Shown: positions 1 to 7,841 of the stretch, piece after piece
How positions within the stretch are numbered: the first letter of the stretch is position 1
Layout of the letters: every line of letters begins with the position of its first letter
IMG/VR virus record: IMGVR_UViG_3300045988_166537
Length of the DNA stretch: 63,188 nucleotides
Direction: 5' to 3' (one strand)
Source: a virus
Position numbers and translations under genes: made by a program
Notes under the pieces: model-generated
The model's database searches: none
Told to the model about the DNA's origin: nothing
Seen by the model: the letters and a program-made list of their open reading frames with translations, nothing else

Positions 1-55
1 AAGTTTTCATAAATTTATCCACTTGCCTTTTACCTTCGTTTGAATACTTTGCGTA
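1..55. repeat. 55-nt terminal overlap, identical to 63134..63188
   Basis: Exact match of 'aagttttcataaatttatccacttgccttttaccttcgtttgaatactttgcgta' at both window ends. Confidence 0.95.
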
Positions 56-274
56 GTTGGATTCCATCTGATACCTATTCAGTCGGGATTTAAGTTCCGA
101 ATCACTCATACTCTTTACAGATTTGCTCGTATGTGCACGTCTATAATCGTCATGTATAAATGTATTACGTTCCTTTGCAGCTCTTTTTTTTCCAAATATA
201 TGTTGATACCATTTCATCCCAACTCTTCCGGAATGATAAAGTTCAGATGGGTATACTATATAATATTGTCTCAT
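1..274 (-). CDS. Hypothetical protein, 5' part of a 131-aa gene that crosses the contig junction (continues at 63133..63012)
   Basis: ATG at 274-272 follows AAAGGAGGT. The frame stays open to nt 1 and continues in frame once the 55-nt overlap is removed. The C-terminus is hydrophobic. The gene lies immediately upstream of terL. It is absent from the ORF track because it is split. Confidence 0.7.
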   Translation of the reverse strand, partial: MRQYYIVYPSELYHSGRVGMKWYQHIFGKKRAAKERNTFIHDDYRRAHTSKSVKSMSDSELKSRLNRYQMESNYAKYSNEGKRQVDKFMKT

Positions 275-287
275 CTGGTTACCTCCT

Positions 288-620
288 TTATTCGACAGCG
301 ACGTTAAGTCGCCATTCAAGTTCTGTTATTTGTCTATTGATGGATTCGGTTATTATGGAACTGGTAGGTGGATCAAAAAGTAGACGCACCTTTAAATAGA
401 TGTAGCTTTTTACAGCTTCAAGATTTGTAGAATCTGTTAGATACTCACTCCATGTCGTTGTCTTATCGCTTATGACAAAACCGTTTGGCGGGCCTACGCC
501 TATCTGATTAAGTGAAAAGAACACAGTGTTTATGTGCATTACTACATCCTTATCGAACGGATCGTAGTCCTCTGGTATACCAAGGAGCTTCTTGACGGAT
601 GTTAAGATACTATCGTCCAT
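288..620 (-). CDS. Hypothetical protein (110 aa), possible head-tail connector (gp6-like)
   Basis: Track ORF. The N-terminus 'VKKLLGIPEDYDPFDKDVVMHIN' resembles connector/adaptor proteins. It sits in the packaging cluster. The function call is weak. Confidence 0.4.
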   Translation of the reverse strand: MDDSILTSVKKLLGIPEDYDPFDKDVVMHINTVFFSLNQIGVGPPNGFVISDKTTTWSEYLTDSTNLEAVKSYIYLKVRLLFDPPTSSIITESINRQITELEWRLNVAVE

Positions 621-629
621 ATATACCTC

Positions 630-1058
630 CTATCTCTTCCACGGGCAAGTGTCATATCTTGATCTGGTAATTGGTTCAGATACAAGTAGACCCCTGTCTC
701 CGTAATGTATTGCGTTATGTGTGTTTCTTGTTACTGAAATGAGATACTCTGGATCGAGCAAAATATCAGTTGCTTCCAGAATGTCTATCTTAGAAATTGG
801 ATTCATATGATGTATAAGAATATATTTATCAATCTCATGACCTGGCATAGATAAATCGCACGCATTATCTCGAATAATTACTTTATCTCTAACACTGCGC
901 CATTCTTTTGATTTATAGAAATCCTGATTCAAATATCTATCGAATCCGAATGTGTCTTCCCCCACAATACCAGATAGCTTTAAATATTCAAATCGTTCCT
1001 CAAATGTCGGTATGGTGATTAGCTCTGAATATGTCCTAATCTTCATCGTAGTCATCAC
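630..1058 (-). CDS. HNH endonuclease (142 aa)
   Basis: 'LIHHMNPIS...NTHNAIHYG' reads as an HNH motif. The gene lies next to the terminase genes. The start is ambiguous between GTG 1058, ATG 1055 and ATG 1046. Confidence 0.7.
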   Translation of the reverse strand: MMTTMKIRTYSELITIPTFEERFEYLKLSGIVGEDTFGFDRYLNQDFYKSKEWRSVRDKVIIRDNACDLSMPGHEIDKYILIHHMNPISKIDILEATDILLDPEYLISVTRNTHNAIHYGDRGLLVSEPITRSRYDTCPWKR

Positions 1059-1383
1059 CTACTTCTCCAGAACCAGAGTAGTCCATCATGGCTGCGATAG
1101 CCTGTTTATAAAGTTCATCCTGCTCTTCTGAACTCTTAATACTATCTATCTTCGCCTGGTTCAGTTTTCCTTCTGATCGTAACTTTTCAAGTTCCAACTG
1201 ATACTTTGATGTGCCAAGTTTGAGAAAATGACATATCAATGTATCGGAAGCCGTATTATCACGTATTCTTTGTTCGGCAGTATTCATGGCTAAAGATATG
1301 ATCTGGTTTTCCCTCGCCTCGGGTGTAAGTGCAGGTCTAAAACTTTTAGGCTCTTCTGAGGTAGTTTTCTTGACCTTTGCCAT
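1036..1383 (-). CDS. Hypothetical protein (115 aa), candidate small terminase or DNA-binding protein by position
   Basis: Track ORF 1036..1455 trimmed to the ATG at 1383 ('MAKVKKTT'). It is basic and helical and is the first gene after the non-coding island at 1456-1693. Confidence 0.45.
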   Translation of the reverse strand: MAKVKKTTSEEPKSFRPALTPEARENQIISLAMNTAEQRIRDNTASDTLICHFLKLGTSKYQLELEKLRSEGKLNQAKIDSIKSSEEQDELYKQAIAAMMDYSGSGEVGDDYDED

Positions 1384-1455
1384 GCTATCACCTGCTTTCA
1401 AATATGTTGTTATACACTTAGATGGCATTTGTAAGGACTTATGGGGCCTGTTCAC

Positions 1456-1693
1456 GGATGGTTGGCGAACAAAAAATATGCAAACTTGAAAGGAGTTTTA
1501 CTATAGGGATTTGTATATAGACGGAGGAGTATCTACGTCCCACCACAGGTTATCCCATAAACCCTTGCAAATATCATCTAAGCTGTTTTTCCAAATATTC
1601 CCCCGGGGAATTTTTGAGGAGGCCGGCGATGACGGGAGGGGGTGCATTTTTACAGCCCCCCCCTATGTCTTTTCGCCCTCTATGTTGCGTTAT
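1456..1693. other. Non-coding GC-rich island; candidate cos or late-regulatory region
   Basis: No ORF is present. It contains the palindrome ATTCCCC-C-GGGGAAT (1597-1611), a C8 run (1656-1663) facing GGGAGGGGG (1634-1642), and 'ggccggcg', all within an AT-rich genome. It lies directly upstream of the packaging genes. Confidence 0.3.
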
Positions 1694-1966
1694 TTATGCT
1701 GCATTATCTTCCATTTCCACTTTTTTATATAGATTGAATGGATCTGAAGTGATTATACTGTCTATTGCACGTTCAACTTCTCTATCATATTCAACCTGAG
1801 ACATTCCATCAGAAATGTGGGTAATTCTTCCGAGATAGTTGCATGTATAATAACCTTTTTCTGTGTCAAAGTTATTCCAATCATTGAATTCAGTAATTGG
1901 ATTGAAAGGATTGTCAAAAGTTGTAATAGCAACTCGCTTGTTTGTATTTGCATTGATGCCTGCCAT
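1694..1966 (-). CDS. Hypothetical protein (90 aa)
   Basis: Track ORF. Its start codon follows immediately after the stop codon (1967-1969) of the RNAP-like gene. Confidence 0.7.
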   Translation of the reverse strand: MAGINANTNKRVAITTFDNPFNPITEFNDWNNFDTEKGYYTCNYLGRITHISDGMSQVEYDREVERAIDSIITSDPFNLYKKVEMEDNAA

Positions 1967-4900
1967 TTACTTCACTCCTTTCAAATACTTTGAAACTGTT
2001 GATGTTGAAACGCCAAGTTTGTTTGCAATTTCCTGCAATGTATAGTTAGACGCTGCGAGTGCTTTGATTCTGCTAACTTTCGCTGTACTTAGTTCAGAAG
2101 TCTGTTTTGGCATTGCTCTTTCTCTAAGCTTATCAGCATTTGCATTATTGAGAATACGAACAAGCATGTTATTAGTTATGGCACCAGCCTGAATAGCTTC
2201 CCATTCTTTGTCTGTGATGTTAATTTCTCTGTCTCTTCTTGAAGATGCACCAACATCTATACGACTGGCAACTATAGCCTGCTGAGATGCCTTCTTTATA
2301 TCGCTAACCTTGAGATCCTTATTGTTTGCTTTCTTTTCGCCAACAATAACACTGGCCTTTCTCTGTGCTGCACGCTCCCTCGGTGCATTGAGTTCGGCAG
2401 TATTAAGTTTCTCTTCCAGACTCTTTACCTCTGATGCATACTTCTTCTTAGCCTCTTTTGACATAGCTATATTTTCTATATTTGCATAGTCCAGTCGAGC
2501 TCGGTTGGCCATAGCCTTCATGCTATTAGCATAATCTGCATACAGTAGTTCCATAGGGTGTCTAGCCTTGGATACTAATGTATTAGCATCGTCTGTCTCA
2601 GCCATCTTAGTACTCTGCTGTTTTTTATAGTCCCTTGCATACTCTATGGTACCCGTCTTATCAGTATAGGTTACTTCCTTGGTCACGGGGTCTATATGCT
2701 TAACAGGGGTATACTTCTCTGCTGCTACTGGGTCGTCCTTCTTATACTTGATGGTCTCACCGGATGCGGTCTTGATACTAACCACTCCTGACTTACTCGT
2801 GGGTCGCTTAGGATAGTACAGGTCTTCAGTGGTCTTGTATATAAGTGCACCTTCAGGCTTGCTTGGGTCATACCAATCTTTGCCTTTTTGATTGATCTTT
2901 GGTGTACCTTGTCGCTTTGGTACTGACGTTTCACCCTTGCTTCTCGAAAGAATTGTAGCAGCGCCACCAGCTCTTACAAGATTCCCGTTCTCATCGTATT
3001 TAGGCTGATACTCTTTTCTAAGAGCTGAAATGTTATTGTCATGCTCGCTCTGTTTATAGTCTAGCTTATGTTTCTCAGCATCAATAACTACCATTGAATG
3101 TCTAACTGCTGCTGCAAGCTGATCTTCTCCAGCTCCCGCAAGTGTCATATCTGTAATCAGATTTGAAATTTTCCCCATCTCAGTCTGAGTGTTCTTCATG
3201 ATCCTGTACTCATGGCCATTACGATAGTAGTGCTTCTCTCCATTACTATCTACTTTGCACTCACCGCCATAAGCAACCTTAGGATCAAATCCCTCAAGCC
3301 CCTTCAAAGGCTTTGTAGATGTGATCTTAACTTTTCCACCGGCATCATGCGTTGGAATACACATAGCAGTATCACCATCAAAGTCTGCTCCAGACAATCT
3401 TTCTGCTACTTTGCTGTTAATACCTATGGCATCCTGAACATCACCGCCAAGAAGTTTCTTTGCCTCTTTATAATTGTTGTTTACAGTAAGTATAGGTATC
3501 TCAAATGTTCCACCATGCGGAAATCTGATGAGTGCTAGCTTGGTTCCTGTTTCATAGTTGGGGGCATACACTTCTGTGTCCTTCATTGTTGGAAATGGGA
3601 TAATAACATGATATCTCTGTCCCGGAAGTGCTGCCGCCTGAAGATTAACTGCTGCTGAATCACAGCCCTCCGCAAACTTCTGAAGATAGTGTTTTTTTAT
3701 GACAGGATTCGTAAGGGACATAATCTCGTCATATTCTGCTGCTTTGTCTGCCTTGGCGAGATCTAGCTGCTTTTTTGCCATCGTTACAGACTGCTTACCA
3801 AGAAACTGCGATGGTAGTGCATTTTTCCATTCAGTCCAGTCACCCTGATCAGCTCTTTTATTTATAAGCCCCAGTTTTTCTTCTCCGGTCTTAGCATCTT
3901 TGTACCAATACTGTCCACCCTGGTCAACATCTTTTATAAGAGATCCAAAAGGATTGTCTGGGTCACTCTTTATATCTTTAAGGACTTCCATCTTTGGCAC
4001 GTCTTTTGTTTTATTTGTATTAAATATAACGTCAATGCCATCTGGCATATCGTCAGAATATACTGCCATACCTTTGAGATACTTCTTACCGTCTACCATG
4101 ATACGAACCTGTGCATATTTGGAATCACCAAGGCTAAGGTCTTGGCATCCCCTACGAAGTTCTATTGTTCCGTCCTTTTCTATTCCACCATCTTCGCTAT
4201 AACGAATCATAAGCCGCTTGGAATCAAGACTTTCTGGATATGTAAATTTACGATGGAATGTTTCACCGCCATCTGTTGAAAAATAGTCGGTCAAAGGTTT
4301 GACTTTATCCAGATCATATATTTCTGAATGTGGTATATCTGGTTTAGTAAGAACTTTCTGAGTAGTCATCTGGTTTGAATTAGTCGCCTGTGGAAATCTA
4401 CCATTATATACATGGTATCCTTCTCTTTCCAGAATGGTTAATGCCTGATTCATCTTCTCCTCAGAAATATGAAGCTCACGCTCAACCCCCTTACCGACAT
4501 CAACCATACCCTTCTTATCAACCTGCTCTCTCATGAAATCAGCAGCATTCCTAGCCTGTTTCATTCGACTCTCAGAATCTGCATTGAGTAGTGATCTGAC
4601 TGTGGATTCAGATATGCCCATCTGTCTTCCAATCTCTGTAGCGCCAAGGCCATCTTCTTTGAGTGACTTGGCTCTTGATACATCGAGCATTCTTCTCTCA
4701 TCCTTACAAAGAGACTTCTCAGTTCTATACTGTGTTGTTGTCATACCAAAGGTATTTCTTATATTATCCGGAGTTTCTTCCCAGCCGTCTTTCTTGAGCG
4801 ATTCAACTCTACTCAAAAAATCATCGCCATGCTGATATGGGTTTTCTCCAGACCCCCAAGGATATCTGCCAGAACGCCTTGGCATTCCGTAATGCTCAAG

Positions 4901-4969
4901 AACCTCAGCATCTACAGGTTCTGAACCGCATCCCAAATTTGATTTTATTTCATCTGAAATTGAACTCAT
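1967..4969 (-). CDS. Single-subunit RNA polymerase with two double-psi beta-barrels (YonO-like), 1000 aa
   Basis: The beta-prime-like barrel reads 'RFPHGGTFEIP...SGADFDGDTAMCIPT' (ADFDGD encoded at 3371-3388). The beta-like barrel reads 'DGKKYLKGMAVYSDDMPDGIDVIFNTN' (4013-4093). HTH-like segments lie near aa 105-128 and aa 975-998. Confidence 0.7.
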   Translation of the reverse strand: MSSISDEIKSNLGCGSEPVDAEVLEHYGMPRRSGRYPWGSGENPYQHGDDFLSRVESLKKDGWEETPDNIRNTFGMTTTQYRTEKSLCKDERRMLDVSRAKSLKEDGLGATEIGRQMGISESTVRSLLNADSESRMKQARNAADFMREQVDKKGMVDVGKGVERELHISEEKMNQALTILEREGYHVYNGRFPQATNSNQMTTQKVLTKPDIPHSEIYDLDKVKPLTDYFSTDGGETFHRKFTYPESLDSKRLMIRYSEDGGIEKDGTIELRRGCQDLSLGDSKYAQVRIMVDGKKYLKGMAVYSDDMPDGIDVIFNTNKTKDVPKMEVLKDIKSDPDNPFGSLIKDVDQGGQYWYKDAKTGEEKLGLINKRADQGDWTEWKNALPSQFLGKQSVTMAKKQLDLAKADKAAEYDEIMSLTNPVIKKHYLQKFAEGCDSAAVNLQAAALPGQRYHVIIPFPTMKDTEVYAPNYETGTKLALIRFPHGGTFEIPILTVNNNYKEAKKLLGGDVQDAIGINSKVAERLSGADFDGDTAMCIPTHDAGGKVKITSTKPLKGLEGFDPKVAYGGECKVDSNGEKHYYRNGHEYRIMKNTQTEMGKISNLITDMTLAGAGEDQLAAAVRHSMVVIDAEKHKLDYKQSEHDNNISALRKEYQPKYDENGNLVRAGGAATILSRSKGETSVPKRQGTPKINQKGKDWYDPSKPEGALIYKTTEDLYYPKRPTSKSGVVSIKTASGETIKYKKDDPVAAEKYTPVKHIDPVTKEVTYTDKTGTIEYARDYKKQQSTKMAETDDANTLVSKARHPMELLYADYANSMKAMANRARLDYANIENIAMSKEAKKKYASEVKSLEEKLNTAELNAPRERAAQRKASVIVGEKKANNKDLKVSDIKKASQQAIVASRIDVGASSRRDREINITDKEWEAIQAGAITNNMLVRILNNANADKLRERAMPKQTSELSTAKVSRIKALAASNYTLQEIANKLGVSTSTVSKYLKGVK

Positions 4970-4972
4970 GAT

Positions 4973-5539
4973 TTAAGCAGCCTCCTTTTCTAACTTTTCA
5001 AGAAGTTTGTCGAGGTGAATTATCTTGTCCATGATCGGAGCAATCTCCTCTGCTGTTGGATTATGAACCAGCACTTCATCCTGCTTGTATAGCCGGAGTT
5101 CCATCTCAATGTCGCCAGGAGCAACATGATATTCAAGACAAAATAAAGCAGCATAAACCTCCAGCTGCTCGATATGGTCTTCGATCTTTCCAGACTTACC
5201 AGTTTTTAAATCATGAATTCGTAATACATTATTCTTGAAAGATATGGCATCCGCTGTGCCAAAAAATCTCTCAGAATAAAATAAAACAACCTCTGTACTC
5301 ATCTTGAATCCGATTGCATCATTTACATATGCATTCAGAGTCTTCTTTGTACGAGGTTGTTTAATCCCAAGGTCTATTGTTTCTTTAGCCCATGCATGGA
5401 GCCTTGTTCCAATCTGTGCCATTTTCAGGTTTCGATACACCTCAATTGCTTTGGTATCATCATACCTGAGCCACGAGCTTTTACTCGCCGAGAAAGGCGC
5501 GTGAAGGCCTTCCAGTTTCAAATGCTGATTGAAGTTCAT
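4973..5539 (-). CDS. PD-(D/E)XK (RecB/Cas4-like) nuclease (188 aa)
   Basis: 'GTADAISF...IHDLKTGKS...QLEVYAALF' fits the D / (D/E)xK / QxxxY pattern. Confidence 0.6.
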   Translation of the reverse strand: MNFNQHLKLEGLHAPFSASKSSWLRYDDTKAIEVYRNLKMAQIGTRLHAWAKETIDLGIKQPRTKKTLNAYVNDAIGFKMSTEVVLFYSERFFGTADAISFKNNVLRIHDLKTGKSGKIEDHIEQLEVYAALFCLEYHVAPGDIEMELRLYKQDEVLVHNPTAEEIAPIMDKIIHLDKLLEKLEKEAA

Positions 5540-5804
5540 CTAAAATTTCCTCCTTGTTCTCTGGGTAAATAAAAGCAGCATACGACATCTTATCCATAAG
5601 GTTTACATAGTAATCCTGATTTGGGCGATGGCTTGCTCTTTTGCTCTCTTTACCTTCCAGTGCTGCCCATTTGTCCCTATACAAAATAAGCAGGTCTGGT
5701 ATTCCCTGTCTTTCTGTGGCATCCAGATGTATCACCATACTTCCTGGAAACCGATGTTCAATTTCTTTTTTTAGATCTGCCTTGAATTTTCCTTCAGGTG
5801 TCAC
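5481..5804 (-). CDS. VRR-NUC-type nuclease (107 aa)
   Basis: Track ORF 5481..5936 trimmed to the GTG at 5804, 9 nt after AAGGAGGAA. The longer ORF would run through promoter copy 1. The motif 'GIPDLLILYRDKWAALEGK' is present. Confidence 0.6.
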   Translation of the reverse strand: MTPEGKFKADLKKEIEHRFPGSMVIHLDATERQGIPDLLILYRDKWAALEGKESKRASHRPNQDYYVNLMDKMSYAAFIYPENKEEILDELQSAFETGRPSRAFLGE

Positions 5805-5880
5805 TAAAACATTCCTCCTTTCATTTTCAGAAAGAAAAATAGAAGCACACATAAATATGGCGCTTCTTACCTCTCTCTCT

Positions 5881-5906
5881 ATAAAAGGGGATGTATTTGC
5901 CGCGAG
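5881..5906 (-). promoter_or_regulatory. Conserved promoter-like element, copy 1 (weak variant)
   Basis: Minus strand reads CTCGCG GCAAATACATCCCC TTTTAT. It lies upstream of the VRR-NUC / nuclease / RNAP-like operon. Confidence 0.5.
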
Positions 5907-5990
5907 CAAAAATAATAGGGATTGTGTCTGCTGCAAAAAAAGAAGAGCCGTTGCAAATTTAACGACTCTCCTGATTGAGATAGATTATTT

Positions 5991-6251
5991 TTACTTGTCT
6001 TCTTCATTGTCATAATTATTAATGTATTTGTTCATTTTCATAGCCTTGTTAAAGACATCGTTGTCGTAATTGCACTGTGCTTTGCACCCTTCCCGAAATC
6101 CGTCTTTATGTCCAATGTTGCATCCTATAAGCAATGATATGCTTGCACACACACCGCCGTAGATACCAACAATAATTTCTTCCTTATGCTCCTTAACGTA
6201 CTCCTTTGCTGTCTCATACTTTTTCTTAGTTTTCTCTTTAAAATTACTCAT
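5991..6251 (-). CDS. Small membrane protein (86 aa)
   Basis: Track ORF trimmed to the ATG at 6251 after AAAGGAGGA. It has one TM segment, 'IIVGIYGGVCASISLLIGC'. Confidence 0.7.
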   Translation of the reverse strand: MSNFKEKTKKKYETAKEYVKEHKEEIIVGIYGGVCASISLLIGCNIGHKDGFREGCKAQCNYDNDVFNKAMKMNKYINNYDNEEDK

Positions 6252-6292
6252 AATAAAATCCTCCTTTTGAATCATTAAAAAGTTTCTATCTC

Positions 6293-6318
6293 ATTATATA
6301 AGATGTATTTGCCGCGAA
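6293..6318 (-). promoter_or_regulatory. Conserved promoter-like element, copy 2
   Basis: Minus strand reads TTCGCG GCAAATACATCTTA TATAAT. It lies about 27 nt upstream of the SD of 5991..6251. Confidence 0.7.
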
Positions 6319-6430
6319 TTGTGCAAATACTAACCGATATGTGTCATATTGTCTCGCAACTCCTCTGTATTACCATTAAGTACTTTTGTATAATCAATAC
6401 GTAAACTTAACAGAGAGGAGGTGAAACAAT

Positions 6431-6805
6431 ATGGAGACCTTTAAATACAGAATGAAAGCTAACAATCCTTTGAACAAGCTTATCAATTTCTGCACACGAT
6501 CAAACGGTGCACAATGTTGCAAATGTTATAAGCAAGCCGCCGGTGGTAAACTTGGTAATTTAGGTAAAGCTGTAGCAAAAGAGTTAGATACAGCATACAC
6601 TAAGGGAATATTAACCGGTGCTGGGATTGCCGGTATTTTAATACTTGGAGGGCAGTATGTAGCTGTACCAGCCGCTAAGAAAGTGCATAACTACATAAAT
6701 AGTAAAGTTCATAAAGAACTTCCACCACCCGAGAAAGTCGTATATATTGAGGATTATCGTCATGATGATTCTGACAATAACAACGATAACCAACAATGCA
6801 TGTAA
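6431..6805 (+). CDS. Membrane protein (124 aa), one of only two plus-strand genes (moron-like)
   Basis: GAGAGGAGGTG SD at 6414-6424. A TM segment 'GILTGAGIAGILILGG' is present. A TATAAT at 6389-6394 lies upstream. The gene is flanked by convergent terminators. Confidence 0.7.
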   Translation: METFKYRMKANNPLNKLINFCTRSNGAQCCKCYKQAAGGKLGNLGKAVAKELDTAYTKGILTGAGIAGILILGGQYVAVPAAKKVHNYINSKVHKELPPPEKVVYIEDYRHDDSDNNNDNQQCM

Positions 6806-6899
6806 ATCATTTTGTATTTCTATAGAGAGATAATAAAACTCTCATCTTCTAAAATAGGTAAAATTATTATATTAATATTTGATAGGTTAATATCCCCAT

Positions 6900-6930
6900 G
6901 GACCCAGTACAGCTTTGTTGTATTGGGTCC
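6900..6930 (+). terminator. Hairpin downstream of 6431..6805
   Basis: Arms are GGACCCAGTAC and GTATTGGGTCC (one mismatch), followed by TTAATCTT. The U tract is weak. Confidence 0.4.
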
Positions 6931-6943
6931 TTAATCTTGCCAC

Positions 6944-6982
6944 AAAAAACAAGAGACCCAGCATATTTCTATACTGAGCCTC
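6944..6982 (-). terminator. Intrinsic terminator after 6996..7250
   Basis: Minus RNA reads GAGGCUCAG-N12-CUGGGUCUC followed by UUGUUUUUUGUG. Confidence 0.65.
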
Positions 6983-6995
6983 CCGGTCCTTGATA

Positions 6996-7250
6996 CTATT
7001 TTATTAACTTGTATTCTGATATTCTCTTATGCTCGTACAGTTCATTTAATCTAGCACATATTATGTTTAACTCGTCTTCTGTACTGTCAAATCTAAATAT
7101 TCTCATGTTGTCTTTAATTGACATCTCTGCGGTAACTGTACCGCGTTTAGCTGTCCCTAATACACCCATGATAATGCCTGAAACTTGACCATGCAAAAAA
7201 TCGCAATGCAAACAATCAACTGCAATAATGTGTTTCTGTCTTTCTTCCAT
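6996..7250 (-). CDS. Hypothetical protein (84 aa)
   Basis: Track ORF trimmed to the ATG at 7250 after GAAAGGAGA. Confidence 0.7.
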   Translation of the reverse strand: MEERQKHIIAVDCLHCDFLHGQVSGIIMGVLGTAKRGTVTAEMSIKDNMRIFRFDSTEDELNIICARLNELYEHKRISEYKLIK

Positions 7251-7284
7251 AATGAATCTCCTTTCATGTTTAACAAATAGTTTC

Positions 7285-7310
7285 ATTATAGAAGATGTAT
7301 TTTTCGCGAA
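7285..7310 (-). promoter_or_regulatory. Conserved promoter-like element, copy 3
   Basis: Minus strand reads TTCGCG AAAAATACATCTTC TATAAT, embedded in the palindrome TTTTCGCGAAAA. Confidence 0.7.
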
Positions 7311-7316
7311 AATTTG

Positions 7317-7685
7317 CTAATCAAAACGACACGATGTAATACATTCCGGATAACATTCTGCACCACAATGATTCTTGCATATGGCGGGTTTATATGCCAT
7401 CAGTTTTCTTATCTCTCCTCCAAACATGTCACCTGGATATATTTCATAGCAATCCCAACATACAAACTTATCCATATATTCGTTATAGAATAATGGAGCC
7501 CCACATTTAGGGCAGAATATAGGATATTTTTCATCTCTATCAAGATAAGCTTGACTTGTAGTTAGCTCTTCTTCATCAAACTTTGCATCACAACATGTAC
7601 ATTCATATTTCTTGATTATGGAGTTATATTCTATTTCTCCTTGATCACATTCTGTACAAACCATTCCTACAAGATATTCTTTCAT
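7317..7685 (-). CDS. Multi-zinc-ribbon protein (122 aa)
   Basis: Four CxxC pairs are visible: CTEC, CTCC, CPKC and CWDC. An AAGGAGG SD is present. Confidence 0.75.
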   Translation of the reverse strand: MKEYLVGMVCTECDQGEIEYNSIIKKYECTCCDAKFDEEELTTSQAYLDRDEKYPIFCPKCGAPLFYNEYMDKFVCWDCYEIYPGDMFGGEIRKLMAYKPAICKNHCGAECYPECITSCRFD

Positions 7686-7841
7686 AATTCAAAAACCTCC
7701 TTAACTCTTACTCCTCCGTCTACTAGTTACTAACTATACTGCAATTATACTTTGACGACTGTAAAAACTAAAGAGATTTTATAATATATTATAGCTTTGT
7801 AAAGTTCGTTTCCGAGATGATAAATTTTGCTGAAAACAGCC

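Noticed and set aside
1514-1539. A 15th copy of the promoter-like element (GACGTA-N14-TATATA)
   Set aside because: It lacks the CGCG core and the spacer consensus is shifted. It shares only 'CGTAGATAC' with copy 7. I mention it as a possible relative but do not count it.
4880-4900. Shared N-terminal motif between the RNAP-like protein ('HYGMPRRSGRYPWGSG') and the junction-spanning protein ('YHSGRVGMKWYQH'), possibly a virion-targeting tag
   Set aside because: The similarity is short and needs gaps. I cannot separate it from chance without a profile search.
5805-5936. N-terminal extensions of track ORFs (5481..5936, 30439..31044, 56518..57285, 11504..11827, 36914..37294, 16246..16584 and others)
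   Set aside because: The extensions lack an SD and run through promoter elements or terminator hairpins. Internal ATG or GTG codons with strong GGAGG sites give compact, non-overlapping genes.
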